Shown in pieces: positions 1-11,473 of a stretch of DNA of 64,000 nucleotides (its first letter is position 1; every line of letters starts with the position of its first letter). Source of the DNA: an uncultured Methanomassiliicoccales archaeon (lineage in GTDB: Archaea > Thermoplasmatota > Thermoplasmata > Methanomassiliicoccales > UBA472); the NCBI GenBank assembly GCA_963732855.1, contig CAVTBB010000002.1:439733-503732 (forward strand), written 5' to 3'. Below the pieces are notes generated by a model that saw only the letters and a list, made by a program, of their open reading frames with translations, was not told the origin of the DNA and ran no database searches. Both the position numbers and the translations under genes were made by a program.

Positions 1-611
1 ATGACGGTAGAGGAAATAGACCTGCACTAGATGACCACGGAGGATTTGGCCAAATATCTTCCGCCGGAAGGTTGCAAGGGAGGGGATTTGCAGGAGTGAA
101 AGCCCTATTCGAGGCTTTGGTCAGCGTAGGTCAAAGTTTCAGAATGACCCGATATCTCGCAGAAGCTGGCGGATGCTATTGAAGGGACCCTGTCCCCGGA
201 CCCAAGAATACCGGAGCGCGATCCAATGATGAAAAAGTCGAGGAAAAACTGATCGAGATCAACTCTCTAGATGGTTCTTCACCGGTTCTCATAACCGGCA
301 ACTCCGTCATCATGAAACAGATCATGACCATCATCTTCAGCAAGACTGAGGTCGAGGCGTTCTGGTCCTGATGGAGACATTGGGCTATGCGGTCGACGAT
401 GCGATTAATTAGAACACATTCACCGCGATGAGCGTGATCAAGGCATGATGGACGGCGGGATCTCACCCCAGTATCGTCAACGAATGAAACTCATCATTCC
501 AGGAGTGATCGAGATGACAAAAAGCTCGATCGAACACATCACCAAATGGCCTACAGAGATGGACCGATCAGCGGTTTCGAGCTCCCGATATTCCTAACTT
601 CCAGGAACTAA
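1..611 (+). CDS. Fe-S/corrinoid-protein-like gene (CdhE/AcsC C-terminal-like domain), heavily frameshifted
   Basis: Fragments in shifting frames read YLPPEGCK, SSPVLITGNSVI...METLGYAVDDA, KLIIPGV and ISGFELPIFL, resembling the corrinoid Fe-S protein large-subunit C-terminal domain. In-frame TAG at 28-30 and multiple indels. Confidence 0.45.
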
Positions 612-710
612 ACACTTTACCTCTGTTTCTCGTTCTATTACATTTATCATATCGTTGCTCGTGCATTTCATGTCTCAAGGAACCAGCATGCCGTCAGGTT
701 CACAAAATTA

Positions 711-750
711 TAGAAAAAGAGGAAAAGATTGGAAAAAGGTTTGAAAGGGA
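711..750 (-). terminator. U-rich archaeal terminator region downstream of mtaB
   Basis: Several A-tracts on + (T-tracts on the coding strand) right after the mtaB stop. Confidence 0.4.
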
Positions 751-763
751 TATCACTCCGCGT

Positions 764-2170
764 TTACAGCCCGTAGTTCTTCGGGTTGAACGCCTGGACG
801 TCCTTGTACTGCTTCAGGCACTGGTCGAGGAACTTTCCTTCCTCATCCGGCATAGCCTTCAGGTCAGTCAGCATCTTGTTCAGCATGTCACCCTCGTGCT
901 TGCTGAGCTTCAGGCCGTTCTTCGCCTTGGAGGACTCGAGGATCAACTCGGCTGCCTTGGTACCGGCTGCCTTCGACCTGAGGTAGATGTTGTCTCCCTC
1001 TGCGACGATGGCCTCACCGATCTTGTATGCGTTGTCGTACCTCAGGCAGAAGCCTTCCGGGCTCCTGAACGAGTCACAAGCGGCGTACAAGTCCCTAAGG
1101 ACCTTGTCCTGCTTCAGCTGCTTCGCGGTGTTCATCAAGGCCGCCTCGTATCCTATGACTCCGAGCCAGCACTGGACGGATGAGCCACCGAACTCCGGGT
1201 GGTATTCAACCGACTCGTTGGACCACAGGTCGCAGGTCGACGCGATGAGGTTACCCATCAGGTCAGCGTGGGCGTCTTGGGCTCCCTTCCCCTCTTGGGC
1301 GGATGGGCGTCCAGAGATTGCCTTCAGGATCGGGCCTTCATAGCCGCAGTCCTTGTCCGGGCCAGTTGCGCCAGCCTCAATTGCCACCAGTGTCCTGGCG
1401 GAGGCGATGCAGCGGGTAACTGCCGAGAAGGTTCTCGGGATATCCTTGTCCAGGTAGCCACCGGCCATGAACATAGATGTGTTCGCACCGGCGCAGTTTG
1501 TGTCTCCGCCTGCGATGACCTTGTTCTTCTTGGCGATGTCTACGATCTGGGGCCACAGCCACTCCATGTCGATGGAGCCGAGGTAGCCGATACCGAAGAG
1601 CCATCCCTTGATATCCTGGTGCAGGATAGCGTAGTCGGACATCTCCTTTCCACCCATTGATTCGATCGAGAGGACATCTGCGCCGTTCTTGGCCGCGATT
1701 TCCAACGACTCGATGACCTTCTCTGGGTAGGAGTGCTTCTTGTCCTGTCCCTCTCTGAGCCCTTCCTCAGCGAGCCTCATGTCTGCGACGGTGTGCCTGA
1801 TTGACAATGCAACGCCATACTCGTCGTGGTACTTCTTCATGAGCTCCTTCTGACCTGAGACTACCGGCTTGGCGAACTTTTCTGGGTCGTTACCGAGCTG
1901 GTAGATCCACTCGTTCTCCAGCTGAACAGCTGGGAAACCTAGGGTTACTGCCCTGTCGAGGATATCCTTGGTGATATAGTCGACGTACTCGCGCCTCAGG
2001 GTGTCTGGGTTCTTCTCAGCACCGGGTCTCGGGGCGAAGTTGATTTCCGGGATAACCCATCCGGCACCGGCCTTCTGGCCCAGTCCGTATGATACCGGGT
2101 ATTTCGCGTCACCGAAGACGAGGTCGTCTGCGCTCTTAGTCTCCATCTTTGTGAATCTCTTTATTGCCAT
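764..2170 (-). CDS. mtaB: Methanol:corrinoid methyltransferase MtaB
   Basis: 468 aa; N-terminus KRFTKM...DDLVFG.AKYPVSYGLG...PEINFAPRP, GGDTNCA, GPDKDCGYE, DLWSNESVE are typical of MtaB. Confidence 0.96.
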   Translation of the reverse strand: MAIKRFTKMETKSADDLVFGDAKYPVSYGLGQKAGAGWVIPEINFAPRPGAEKNPDTLRREYVDYITKDILDRAVTLGFPAVQLENEWIYQLGNDPEKFAKPVVSGQKELMKKYHDEYGVALSIRHTVADMRLAEEGLREGQDKKHSYPEKVIESLEIAAKNGADVLSIESMGGKEMSDYAILHQDIKGWLFGIGYLGSIDMEWLWPQIVDIAKKNKVIAGGDTNCAGANTSMFMAGGYLDKDIPRTFSAVTRCIASARTLVAIEAGATGPDKDCGYEGPILKAISGRPSAQEGKGAQDAHADLMGNLIASTCDLWSNESVEYHPEFGGSSVQCWLGVIGYEAALMNTAKQLKQDKVLRDLYAACDSFRSPEGFCLRYDNAYKIGEAIVAEGDNIYLRSKAAGTKAAELILESSKAKNGLKLSKHEGDMLNKMLTDLKAMPDEEGKFLDQCLKQYKDVQAFNPKNYGL

Positions 2171-2189
2171 GTCTTTTCACCCCCCCAAT

Positions 2190-2975
2190 TTACGCCTTCC
2201 CCGAAGTTATGTCATCCCACTTGGATCTGACCTTCTTCCAGTCCCAGCCTTCCGCTACCTTGTCGGCTAGTGGCGGGCCTTGTGCTGCTGCGACGGCGTA
2301 AACTCCGAGCGGGTAGGACTCTACATATGCCCTGTTCACTGCACCGCCGGCGCAGATGAATGGGATCTCCATACCGTGCTCGATCAGTCTCTCCGCAACC
2401 CTCGGGAATGCGGACATGGTGGTGGTCATTAGCGCAGTTCCGGTTACTATGTCTGGCTTAACCTCAAGAACTGTCTTGACAACATCATCGACCGGCACAT
2501 CCCTACCCATGTCGACAACACCGTAGCCGTGCGATCTAAACATGACGGCGGCGATGTTCTTGCCGATGTCGTGCGGGTCACCTTCGGCGACCATCATGAC
2601 AATGTTGCCCTTCATAACCCTGTCACCCTTCAGGCTCTTCTCAGCGAGCTTGATGCCCCTGTCGAATGCGTCCGCAGCGACCATGACGTGCGGCAGGTAG
2701 TAGATACCCCTTCCGTACAGTTCGCTAACGACGTCCATTCCCTTCAGGAGTCCCTTCTCGATTAATTCCTCGGGGCCGAACTTGCCCAAGGCTGCCTTTA
2801 CATCCGCTTCGACGTCCTTATACTTCATGAAAACAACGTCTTCAGCGACTTTCTTCAGCAGCGGGTCCTTCGGCAGGATCTTAGCCGCGATGTCTTCTGG
2901 CTTCTCTTTAGCTTCTACGAGTATGTCGTAGCGTCTAAAGACCATGTCGTAGTTTACACTAGATATGTCTATCAT
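2190..2975 (-). CDS. mtaC: Methanol corrinoid protein MtaC
   Basis: B12-binding motif EGDPHDIGKNI, GTALMTTTM, GGAV; directly upstream of mtaB. Confidence 0.95.
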   Translation of the reverse strand: MIDISSVNYDMVFRRYDILVEAKEKPEDIAAKILPKDPLLKKVAEDVVFMKYKDVEADVKAALGKFGPEELIEKGLLKGMDVVSELYGRGIYYLPHVMVAADAFDRGIKLAEKSLKGDRVMKGNIVMMVAEGDPHDIGKNIAAVMFRSHGYGVVDMGRDVPVDDVVKTVLEVKPDIVTGTALMTTTMSAFPRVAERLIEHGMEIPFICAGGAVNRAYVESYPLGVYAVAAAQGPPLADKVAEGWDWKKVRSKWDDITSGKA

Positions 2976-2999
2976 TTATACACCCCTAATAACTCCTCC

Positions 3000-3300
3000 A
3001 AACTGCAAACCCGAATCGCTCCGGGCTCGCAATAATGTACTTGCCTTTAGGGTATATTAACCTATTGTTTAGGTAGATATTATATATTAATGATATTAGT
3101 TATTGATTCTTATAATAACATACTTATGCGTTTGGTGGATAATACATCCATCATATCTGGCTATTAGATTTGATACCCTAAAGATGAATAACGGAAACAA
3201 TTGTTTATTAGGTTCCATTAATTTAATTTGATAGTATGTTAATATATATAATAATATAATTATCATATAATCAAACAATCATTGGGAAAACAATCGAATC
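3000..3300 (-). promoter_or_regulatory. AT-rich promoter/leader region of the mtaCB operon
   Basis: Strongly AT-rich intergenic stretch with several TATA-like elements upstream of mtaC. Confidence 0.5.
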
Positions 3301-3875
3301 CGATGAGGAATATGCCAGAATATTTTTGATTCGGACCCTGCGTGTTACGGCACAATTGCGCTAGCAGGACATGAACCTATTATTAACACACTTTACTCGA
3401 CTTGATTCTATTGAGGAGGCAATGTGCTGGTATCCTTTTTCTTCAAGTAGGAAAAGTATATACGTGCAAATATAAAATGAAAAACCGATGTAAAATTAGG
3501 GGATACTAGCTCAGATGGTGGACAATGTGGAAGCTCCGCTGGTGAAATTCGACATACGTTGATCCGAGAATGGTTTGAATTTACAAGTTCTTGACCAAAA
3601 GGCCGTCGAGATCCTGCAATTTCCCGACCTCCAGCCTCGACCGTGGAGAAGAGAGCTCTTGTTGTCGAGAAACTCCCGATATGCCGATGCTTCGGCAGAA
3701 TATTGTTTTATAGGAGTTCTAGGGTAGTAAAATATGGTGTTCGGGGTCGGTGACTCAACTTTCCTCCTAAGAAAAGTTTTTCGAATCCCCACCACATCGT
3801 CCTCCGAACACCAACCCCTACTCATTAGTATTTATGACTAAAACATTAAGCGGAAGCCAAATGATAGAGGGGTGG

Positions 3876-5201
3876 ATGTCCATTTTGAACGAGATAATAT
3901 CGGCTGTCGTTCCGGATCAAGCCCTCCGAGAGGAAGTAGAGAAGGCTTCTGCTGACCTCGTCAGCATAGTAAGGGGAGAAGCCGCGTCCTATGGTATGGA
4001 CCTGGACGTTCGTCTCGTAGGTTCGGTGGCTAAAGATACATATCTGGGGGATCCCGATATCGATGTATTCATCCTTTTTCCTGAATCAACGTCCCGTGAG
4101 ACCTTGGAGAGCGTAGGTCTGTCCATAGGGCGAAAGGCCGTCGAGGGCGAGGAGAGATACGCTGAGCACCCATACATTCACGGGGTCTTCAAAGGGTTCC
4201 AGGTGGACCTCGTCCCCTGCTATAAGCTCGCCAATGCATTACATATCAAATCGGCAGTGGACCGGACACCTTTCCATACCGATTATATCTTGACCAATCT
4301 AAGGCCCGAACAGCATGATCAGGTCCGACTGTTGAAGCAGTTCTTGAAAGGCATCGGAGTGTATGGGGCAGACGCAAAGGTCAGCGGCTTTTCCGGATAT
4401 ATCGCCGAGCTCCTGATACTGCGATACCACGATTTTGATGGCACGATCTCCGCAGGATCTGCCTGGACCGCAGGGACCGTGCTTTCGTTGGCGGGAGAAT
4501 CGGATGGAGGGTTCAGGACCCCCTTAGTATTCATTGATCCGGTCGATCGTAACCGCAACGTAGCCTCCGCCCTGTCCATGGATTCGTTTGCTACGTTTGT
4601 ACGAGCCTGCGGACAATATACTATCCAGAACGATCGTCGATTCTTTTTCCCGAATCCTTTGGAAACGTTCGAAACCAATGAGATAGCCAAGAGGTTGGAC
4701 AGATTGGGATCCAAGGTCGTGGCGGTGAGGGCGGAACGTCCCGACCTCACTGACGACAATCTATACCCACAGATGCAAAGGACCTCGGAAGGACTGAACG
4801 GACTGCTGGACCAATACGGATTCAAGGTAATGGACCATACATACCTGGCAGGTGATGTGATTACCTTTGTCATCATGCTGGAGAGCGACAGACTGTCCGA
4901 TTGCATGTTGCATCTGGGCCCCCCGGTATGGGTGGCCAACTCCGAGAAATTCCTGGAACGCTGGGAAGTGGAAGGGGCCAGCCCCCCATTTATCAAAGAT
5001 GGCAGGTGGGCGGTCATGGCCGATAGGGAACACACCTATGCCTCGGACCTATTGCGGAGAAGATTCAAGGACGCGGCGCTCGGCAATTCATTCAGGAAGC
5101 TCGTCAGCATCGAAGTTTTCGATCATGATACGGTAAAGGATCATGGATTCGAAGAGGCCCTTACAAAGATGCTAGATAAGAGATTTGCCTGGGAAAGATG
5201 A
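3876..5201 (+). CDS. cca: CCA-adding enzyme (archaeal class I)
   Basis: VGSVAKDTYL..DIDVF, YAEHPY, VDRTPFHT, GFSGY, IDPVD..RNVASA motifs; start could be 3834-3876. Confidence 0.95.
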   Translation: MSILNEIISAVVPDQALREEVEKASADLVSIVRGEAASYGMDLDVRLVGSVAKDTYLGDPDIDVFILFPESTSRETLESVGLSIGRKAVEGEERYAEHPYIHGVFKGFQVDLVPCYKLANALHIKSAVDRTPFHTDYILTNLRPEQHDQVRLLKQFLKGIGVYGADAKVSGFSGYIAELLILRYHDFDGTISAGSAWTAGTVLSLAGESDGGFRTPLVFIDPVDRNRNVASALSMDSFATFVRACGQYTIQNDRRFFFPNPLETFETNEIAKRLDRLGSKVVAVRAERPDLTDDNLYPQMQRTSEGLNGLLDQYGFKVMDHTYLAGDVITFVIMLESDRLSDCMLHLGPPVWVANSEKFLERWEVEGASPPFIKDGRWAVMADREHTYASDLLRRRFKDAALGNSFRKLVSIEVFDHDTVKDHGFEEALTKMLDKRFAWER

Positions 5202-5220
5202 TTGCGGATCCTCCTTCCAT

Positions 5221-5577
5221 TTACGCGAATGGGGGATTCAGCATCAGGATCCACGTTCCCAGGTACAGGAAGAAGAACATGGCGATGTTGCCCAACCAGC
5301 CCTTCTTATCGATCTCGGCGGTGTTGATCTTGAATATCTGGTAGAAGAATTTCAATAAGTAAATACCGACGAAGAACAGCAACAGCCCGACCAGTGGCGA
5401 TATGGAGTTGGTAAGTCCGGCCACTATGCCGAATATTAAGCCCCAGACGAAGGACAGCATGGTGATCTTGGTTGCCCGGATATCTTTCTCGAGAAAGTCC
5501 TTCTCATCGAAGTCTGGAGGAACGAACTCGTATTGAGGTTCCTTCTTTTCCTCCTCCTTTCTCTTCTTTTGGGCCAT
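5221..5577 (-). CDS. Conserved small membrane protein
   Basis: 118 aa, charged N-terminus (YEFVPPDFDEKDFL) followed by about 3 TM helices. Confidence 0.75.
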   Translation of the reverse strand: MAQKKRKEEEKKEPQYEFVPPDFDEKDFLEKDIRATKITMLSFVWGLIFGIVAGLTNSISPLVGLLLFFVGIYLLKFFYQIFKINTAEIDKKGWLGNIAMFFFLYLGTWILMLNPPFA

Positions 5578-5879
5578 GGAAATCCCCTAATCACAAGCCG
5601 CTAATAATATCTTTGCCCGATTAGCAACTGGCCTCACCAGCATCCATGGCCTCCATAACCTTGGGATATTGGCAGGGTTATTGTCATAACCATGCTACTG
5701 GACGGTGGATCGTCCCTTTGCCGTTTGTTGTGAAAGATGTAGCAACGCCATTATAATCCTAAGGAATTTTTGAAATATAGGAATCTCGGTATTTTCGCCG
5801 CAATTCTTAACGAGTAAGAAGTAGCAAGTGGAACATCCGGATCAGGCCACAGAACGCGGCGTTCATAATTGCCCGGTTC

Positions 5880-6625
5880 GGATCCGTCAAGAACCTGATC
5901 GAGCAAATAGTCCATCCTTTGATCGACCTTCTTTCCGTAACAAGGCCGGAGAGGAGAAGGCCATCAGCCTCATCATGAGCAGGACCGAGCTCCAGAGGTC
6001 AGCATTGGAATAGGCTCAACGAGAGTTCGAGGTCTACCGCGTGGAAGCACAGAACCTGCTCATCGCGTACATCAAGGTGGACCAGGCACTTCTCGACACC
6101 CAAACCAAGAGGGAGATCGCGTTGCAGCAACAGGCCCAGTACCAGCAGGAGGCATTGGCCCAAGAGAAGCGAATCGAGGTCCAGTCAAAGGCGGCGAACG
6201 CCGACAAGCGGCCAGAGGTGGTGGGCGGCCATGTTATGTTATCGATCAAGATCGAGGAGGACAAGGCCGAGGCGAAGAGGAAACTCGCTGGAGGTGACAG
6301 GGACTTCAACAAGATCACCGCCGACGGCGAGAGCTACAAACTGAAGACCGTTGCCGATGGTAATGCATATGCCCAGCGCGAGGTCGGCAGGGGTATCGCC
6401 GACGCCTACCGGGCACAGGCGGAGGCCGTAGGCAGAGAGGCCACCGCGGCGATCAAGATCATGGACGAGGTCGGGATAAACAAGGTCAAGATCACTCCGG
6501 ACATCATGATCTCCGGGTCGGCCGGCGATTCGGGTGCAATGCCCCTTTTCTCCACCTTCCTGGCCCAGACCGTGGTCAAGAATTTGGAGACGAAGAAGGA
6601 CCCGGAGCAGATTCCGAAGAACTGA
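5880..6625 (+). pseudogene. SPFH/band-7 (flotillin-like) protein C-terminal fragment
   Basis: LIEQIVHPLID / SFRNKAG...RTELQ and an A/E/Q-rich coiled coil ending KITPDIMISG; frameshift near 5930, in-frame TAG at 6011-6013, N-terminus missing. Confidence 0.6.
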
Positions 6626-6850
6626 GACGCGCCTGGAACGCTAACCAATCTTCTTCCCTTTCCTTTTTCAGCTATTCTGATGAGGCGACCGATCTTTCTA
6701 TTCGGGTGAGGCTCCATTAACACTTCCTGCACTGAATGCATTTTAGCGTCCAGAGAATCCTCCGGGACACCATGGAAGGGCTAAGTACTTTCGGACAACC
6801 CGTCATCACCCTTTTAAATAGGGGTGCCATTAGCAGAGGTAGGTGCATCA

Positions 6851-7792
6851 ATGGCTGAGAAGAAGATAGAAGAGTTGCCTGGAGTTGGACCCGCAACTGC
6901 CGAAAAGCTGCGTGATGCCGGATATCAAGATCTTATGTCAATAGCAGTGGAGAACCCGAAGGTCCTCGCAGAGGTCTGCGAGATCGGAGAGGCGACCGCT
7001 GCAAAGATCATCGCCGCCGCGAAGGAGGCGGCCGATGTCGGTGGATTCGAGTCCGGAGACACAATACTAGAGAGAAGGAAGAACCTGAAGAGGTTGACCT
7101 CCTCGTCGAAAGCGTTCGACGATCTGCTCGGAGGCGGACTTGAATCCCAGGCGATCCATGAGTTCTTCGGCGAGTTCGGTAGCGGGAAGACCCAGATGAT
7201 GTTCCAGCTAGCCGTGAATGCTACCATGCCGGTCTCGAAAGGAGGATTGGATGGAGATGTTGTCATCATCGACACCGAGAACACATTCCGCCCGGAAAGG
7301 ATCGTTCAGATCGCCAACGCGCAAGGCGTGGACCCGATGGAGACACTGCAGAGGATCCACGTGGCAAGGGCTTTCAACTCATCGCACCAGATGTTGCTGG
7401 TGGAGAAGGCCGCGGATATGGCGGTGAAAACCCCCATCAGACTGCTGATCGTCGACTCGTTGACCGCCCACTTCCGTTCCGAATATGTCGGCAGAGGCAC
7501 ATTGGCAGAGCGACAGGGACTGCTGAACAAGCACATGCACGACCTGCTCCGGTTCGGAGATGTCAGCAACTCCGTGATCGCAGTGACGAACCAGGTGGCA
7601 GCCAAGCCGGACGCGTTCTTCGGGGACCCGACGAGGCCCGTTGGAGGCCATATCGTCGGGCACGCCTCGACCTTCCGAGTCTACCTGAGGAAGAGCAAGG
7701 GCGGCAAGCGTATAGCCCGGCTCATCGATTCCCCGAACCTGCCTGAAGCGGAGTGCGTTATCACCGTTTCAGAAGAAGGTATAAGGGACTGA
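6851..7792 (+). CDS. radA: DNA repair and recombination protein RadA
   Basis: [15 protein letters not shown] HhH, Walker [27 protein letters not shown]. Confidence 0.97.
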   Translation: MAEKKIEELPGVGPATAEKLRDAGYQDLMSIAVENPKVLAEVCEIGEATAAKIIAAAKEAADVGGFESGDTILERRKNLKRLTSSSKAFDDLLGGGLESQAIHEFFGEFGSGKTQMMFQLAVNATMPVSKGGLDGDVVIIDTENTFRPERIVQIANAQGVDPMETLQRIHVARAFNSSHQMLLVEKAADMAVKTPIRLLIVDSLTAHFRSEYVGRGTLAERQGLLNKHMHDLLRFGDVSNSVIAVTNQVAAKPDAFFGDPTRPVGGHIVGHASTFRVYLRKSKGGKRIARLIDSPNLPEAECVITVSEEGIRD

Positions 7793-7811
7793 TGCTTGAC
7801 CCAAGCATCCG

Positions 7812-8832
7812 ATGATCGATCCCGAAAACACCAACCTCTCCCCCTTCCTTTTTGAACTGTCGGGGGAGCATCCCACCCTTCCATCAGCTGAGGCAATAGC
7901 CTGTGTGGAAGCGGAGTGCCCGAACTATGTGGAGTCCGGTTCGGGACCGGGGTACCGGCTTTTCCATTTTGATCGGGCGAACGCATCTCGGATAGCTGAT
8001 AGGATCGCGCTAACCCACAGGATGGGCAGGTATCTGGGCAGCTGCGATAAGCATGACATAGTGAGGTTCCTTTCGGAAATCGAGCTACCGGAGGGGAGTG
8101 TTTCTGTCCGGGCCAAACGATTCGAGAACAACCAACCGGACATCGAAATCCCCGCACTTGTGAATAAATGTGGAAGTTCCCTGACCAAGGACCGAGCAGT
8201 AAACCTGGAGAATCCGGATGTACCAATACGGATCCTGATCTCGGACAGATTGCATTTCTACATAGGGGATCTCGAGGTCGACCGCAAGCAATTCGATATA
8301 AGGAAAGTGGGGGAACGTCCGTTCTTATCACCCATCTCTTTGCACCCGCGATATGCCAGAACGCTGGTGAACCTTACTCGGGTCAAACGTGGTCAGACCG
8401 TTCTAGACCCGTTCTGGCACTGGAGGCATTCTCATCGAGGCTTCGATGATCGGCGCGAAGGTGCTCGGCTCTGACATAGCGGAGGATATGGCTAGCGGAT
8501 GCGTATCTAACCTAAACCATTTTCAGGCCCAGTTCGAACGGGTCGACGTGTCGGACATTGGAGACATCGCGAGCGTGTTCGGAAAAGTTGACGTTGTGGC
8601 GACCGACCCGCCCTATGGACGTTCGGCCAGCCTCTGGAAGGAGGGCAAGTCCTCGCTCTACGGGAGGGCGATGGATGCTTTCGTAGAAATTGTCAAACCC
8701 GGAGGAAGGGTCGGGGTCGTCTTCCCCGCACCTTTAGATCATGCCAGGGAAGGACTCGTCCAAACTGAATCGCACATACAAAGGGTGCACCGATCATTAT
8801 CCCGCCATTATTGCCTATTTACAAGGCTATAG
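7812..8832 (+). CDS. tRNA m2G10 methyltransferase (Trm11/TrmG10; THUMP + MTase), frameshift near 8415
   Basis: FELSGEHPTLP, ERPFLSPISLHPRYAR, LDPF[shift]GTGGILIEA, ATDPPYGRS, VHRSLSR. Confidence 0.88.
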
Positions 8833-10266
8833 TCACGTTCAAGTTGAATTGGCTCTTGAATGAGGGATCGCTCGTAGCGAATAATGGCAGGGAGCGGGTG
8901 GTCGGTTGCGCCGAGGACAGCGCCGTGGCCCTCACCAGCACCGTTGAACTTCCTTGGTAAGGGAGGTCGAAGGTCAGCTGTGACGTTCCGTTCCCAGAAA
9001 TGGCATTGTCCGCATACACATAAGCGGCCAACCCCTCCCAGGCTTGTAGGTTCACCGTGATCGTTTCATTGGTGTTCCCGGTGTTGTTCACCCAGATATG
9101 GAAATCGGCAGCGCCCCCTGGAACAATGGTAGCGTTCTCTGGCCCATTGATATGCATGCTGAAGCTGAAATCGTTCGGCTCTATGGACAACGGGACCGGC
9201 ACGAAAGTTACCATCAACAGGGCTATCCCGATCGCACCCAACACGGTCCTCCTGGCGCCCAGCTTAGAAAGGTCATTGAGCGGCGCCGGATGCCTGAGTC
9301 CGAGGAAGAAGATCAGTACCGCGAAAAGCAGCCAGCCCGAGTAGACCATGATGCCCATCATGAAGAGCGCGGCGACCGTGATGTAGCTTAGGTATCGAGA
9401 GTTCTCCCCCAATAGACCCCTGGCGACATGCCCGCCGTCCAATTGACCGGCTGGTAGCAGATTGATCGCGGTGACGAACAAGCCTACCCAACCGGCGAAT
9501 GCCAGTGGGTGCATGATCAGCATTCCCGGAAATGGGAAAGAACTCGGAAAGTGTGTAGGAAAGCAGTGATGCCATAGTGCTGGCTAGCCCGCCCGGCCCG
9601 CCCGTGATTAAGTGCGGGGATTGTTGTGTGAGCACCATGCCGAAGAGGAAGACCGGGATGGCGACGAGCAGACCGGCGATAGGGCCAGAGATGCCGATAT
9701 CTACCAGCGCCTTGCGGTTCGGTATCGGGTCGCGGATGGAAATGAAAGCCCCGAAGGTCCCTAGAGGAGGGATCGAGGGAATGAAGAACGGCAACGACGC
9801 GGCCACACCGTGCCTCTTCGCGGCTATATAGTGAGCTAGTTCGTGCACGCCCAGGATCGTCATCAGCGGGATGGCGAAGAACAAGGCCCCCATGGCAATA
9901 ACCTCGAGAGTGAGAAAGTTGGACGCGTTCACGTACGCCGCCCAGAGGAACGCGCCTGCGAGAACCGTCGTGATGGAGGTGATGGCGAGGAGGATTACGT
10001 TTGTCCATACCCCCATACGGTTGCGCTCCCCCTTTCTGACCACGGTGATCGAATATTCACCACCGTTGTGGGCCAGGAATGGAATGAACTTTTTCTCGTT
10101 CATCTCCTTGCGCATTCTTTCGAAACTGGCTTCTATCGTGGCGGTGTCTGGACTGATAAATATCTGAACAGACTGGGCACTGACCTTGACGTCATAGATC
10201 GGAAAATACTTGCCGACCATTGCCCTGAGAAGTTCAATCTCTGCCGCCACGTCTGTGGGGACCATG
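8819..10266 (-). CDS. Site-2 protease (M50) with C-terminal beta-rich extension, frameshift near 9530
   Basis: HELAH zinc motif, GTFGAFI, AGP, HPLAFAGWVG, NLLPAGQLDGGH. Confidence 0.9.
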
Positions 10267-10344
10267 AACGACCCTATCAAGAGTGCTCATATTAACATTT
10301 TCGTAGCAACAACGTATAGGCGGAAGGTCACCTGGCTCCCTGTT

Positions 10345-10527
10345 TTAACCTTGTAAATGGGCCCCGCAGGACTCGCATTCACCCTTATCCTTGTTATTGT
10401 ACATACCACAGGTCGGGCAACGGACGGTCTGGGAGTCCTTCATCATGATGAACTTGGTGCTCCCGCACTTCTTGCATATGCGTTCACCCGAATCAGTGAC
10501 CTCGCCGCACTTGACGCACTCTCTCAT
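10345..10527 (-). CDS. Small double zinc-ribbon protein
   Basis: Four CxxC pairs in 60 aa. Confidence 0.75.
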   Translation of the reverse strand: MRECVKCGEVTDSGERICKKCGSTKFIMMKDSQTVRCPTCGMYNNKDKGECESCGAHLQG

Positions 10528-10657
10528 GCTATATGCTTCTGACCCGATGGAATAAAAGGGTTCTCATAATGAGGTATGACCCCGTGATCGTCCATGTCAC
10601 TAAATCATGACGCCGGTCATGGATAAGCCTTAATTAGACCAACCCCAATCCTGCGAC

Positions 10658-11473
10658 GTGAACCGGATAGTCCAGTTGTTCCGTTTGGGCAACTGCCTTA
10701 TGGGTATCGTCGGTCTCCTGATGAGCGTGCTAATAGCCACGGGAACCGCGATAACGGATTACTGGGCGGACCTCATTCCGGCAGCTTTCGTTGTCTTCTT
10801 CTTCGTGGCCGCGGGCAATTCACTGAACGACTACATGGACCAAGAGGTGGACAAGGTAGCCCACCCGGAAAGGCCGATACCCTCTGGGAAGATGCGGCCG
10901 AACACCGCCCGGACCATCTCGATCTATTGCTTCGCCGCCGCGCTGATCGCTTCCTTCTTCCTCAGGCTCGAGGCGACACTGGTCGTGGTCGTGGCGATGG
11001 CTCTGATGCTGGCTTACGAACTGAGCACGAAAAAGAAAGGATTCTCCGGCAATCTGACCATCGGCCTGCTAACCGGGATGCTCTTTGTTTTCGGCGGTTC
11101 CGTCGTTGGCATGGTGGACAAGACCATCGTCATCGCCCTGATGGCCGGATTGGCCACCCTCGGGCGGGAGATCGTCAAGGACATCCAGGACATGGAAGCC
11201 GATTTCGACCGGAAAACACTTCCCAAGCGGATCGGCAAGAGAAATGCAGGCATAGTGGGCAGCGTTGCATTCGTCACCGCGGTCGCATTGAGCCCGGTGC
11301 CCTACCTGACCAACGTGTTCGGTCAAGGATATCTGTTGGTGGTCCTTGCCGCCGATGCAATATTTATATACTGTTCAATTGTTCATTTTCGAAATCCGAC
11401 CAGGGGTCAGCAGCTAGCTAAATATGGAATGCTGGTCGCCCTAGTGGCCTTCCTAGTAGGAGGAATCCAATGA
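10658..11473 (+). CDS. Digeranylgeranylglyceryl phosphate synthase (UbiA family)
   Basis: AGNSLNDYMD..VDKVAHPERPIPSG, REIVKDIQD; overlaps the GGGP synthase start. Confidence 0.9.
   Translation: MNRIVQLFRLGNCLMGIVGLLMSVLIATGTAITDYWADLIPAAFVVFFFVAAGNSLNDYMDQEVDKVAHPERPIPSGKMRPNTARTISIYCFAAALIASFFLRLEATLVVVVAMALMLAYELSTKKKGFSGNLTIGLLTGMLFVFGGSVVGMVDKTIVIALMAGLATLGREIVKDIQDMEADFDRKTLPKRIGKRNAGIVGSVAFVTAVALSPVPYLTNVFGQGYLLVVLAADAIFIYCSIVHFRNPTRGQQLAKYGMLVALVAFLVGGIQ

Noticed and set aside
1-611. Mercury methylation gene hgcA
   Set aside because: It lacks the N(V/I)WCA motif, the TM domain and an adjacent hgcB ferredoxin.
3096-3825. Short ORFs in the mtaC-cca intergenic region
   Set aside because: AT-rich, no recognisable motifs; likely spurious or decayed.
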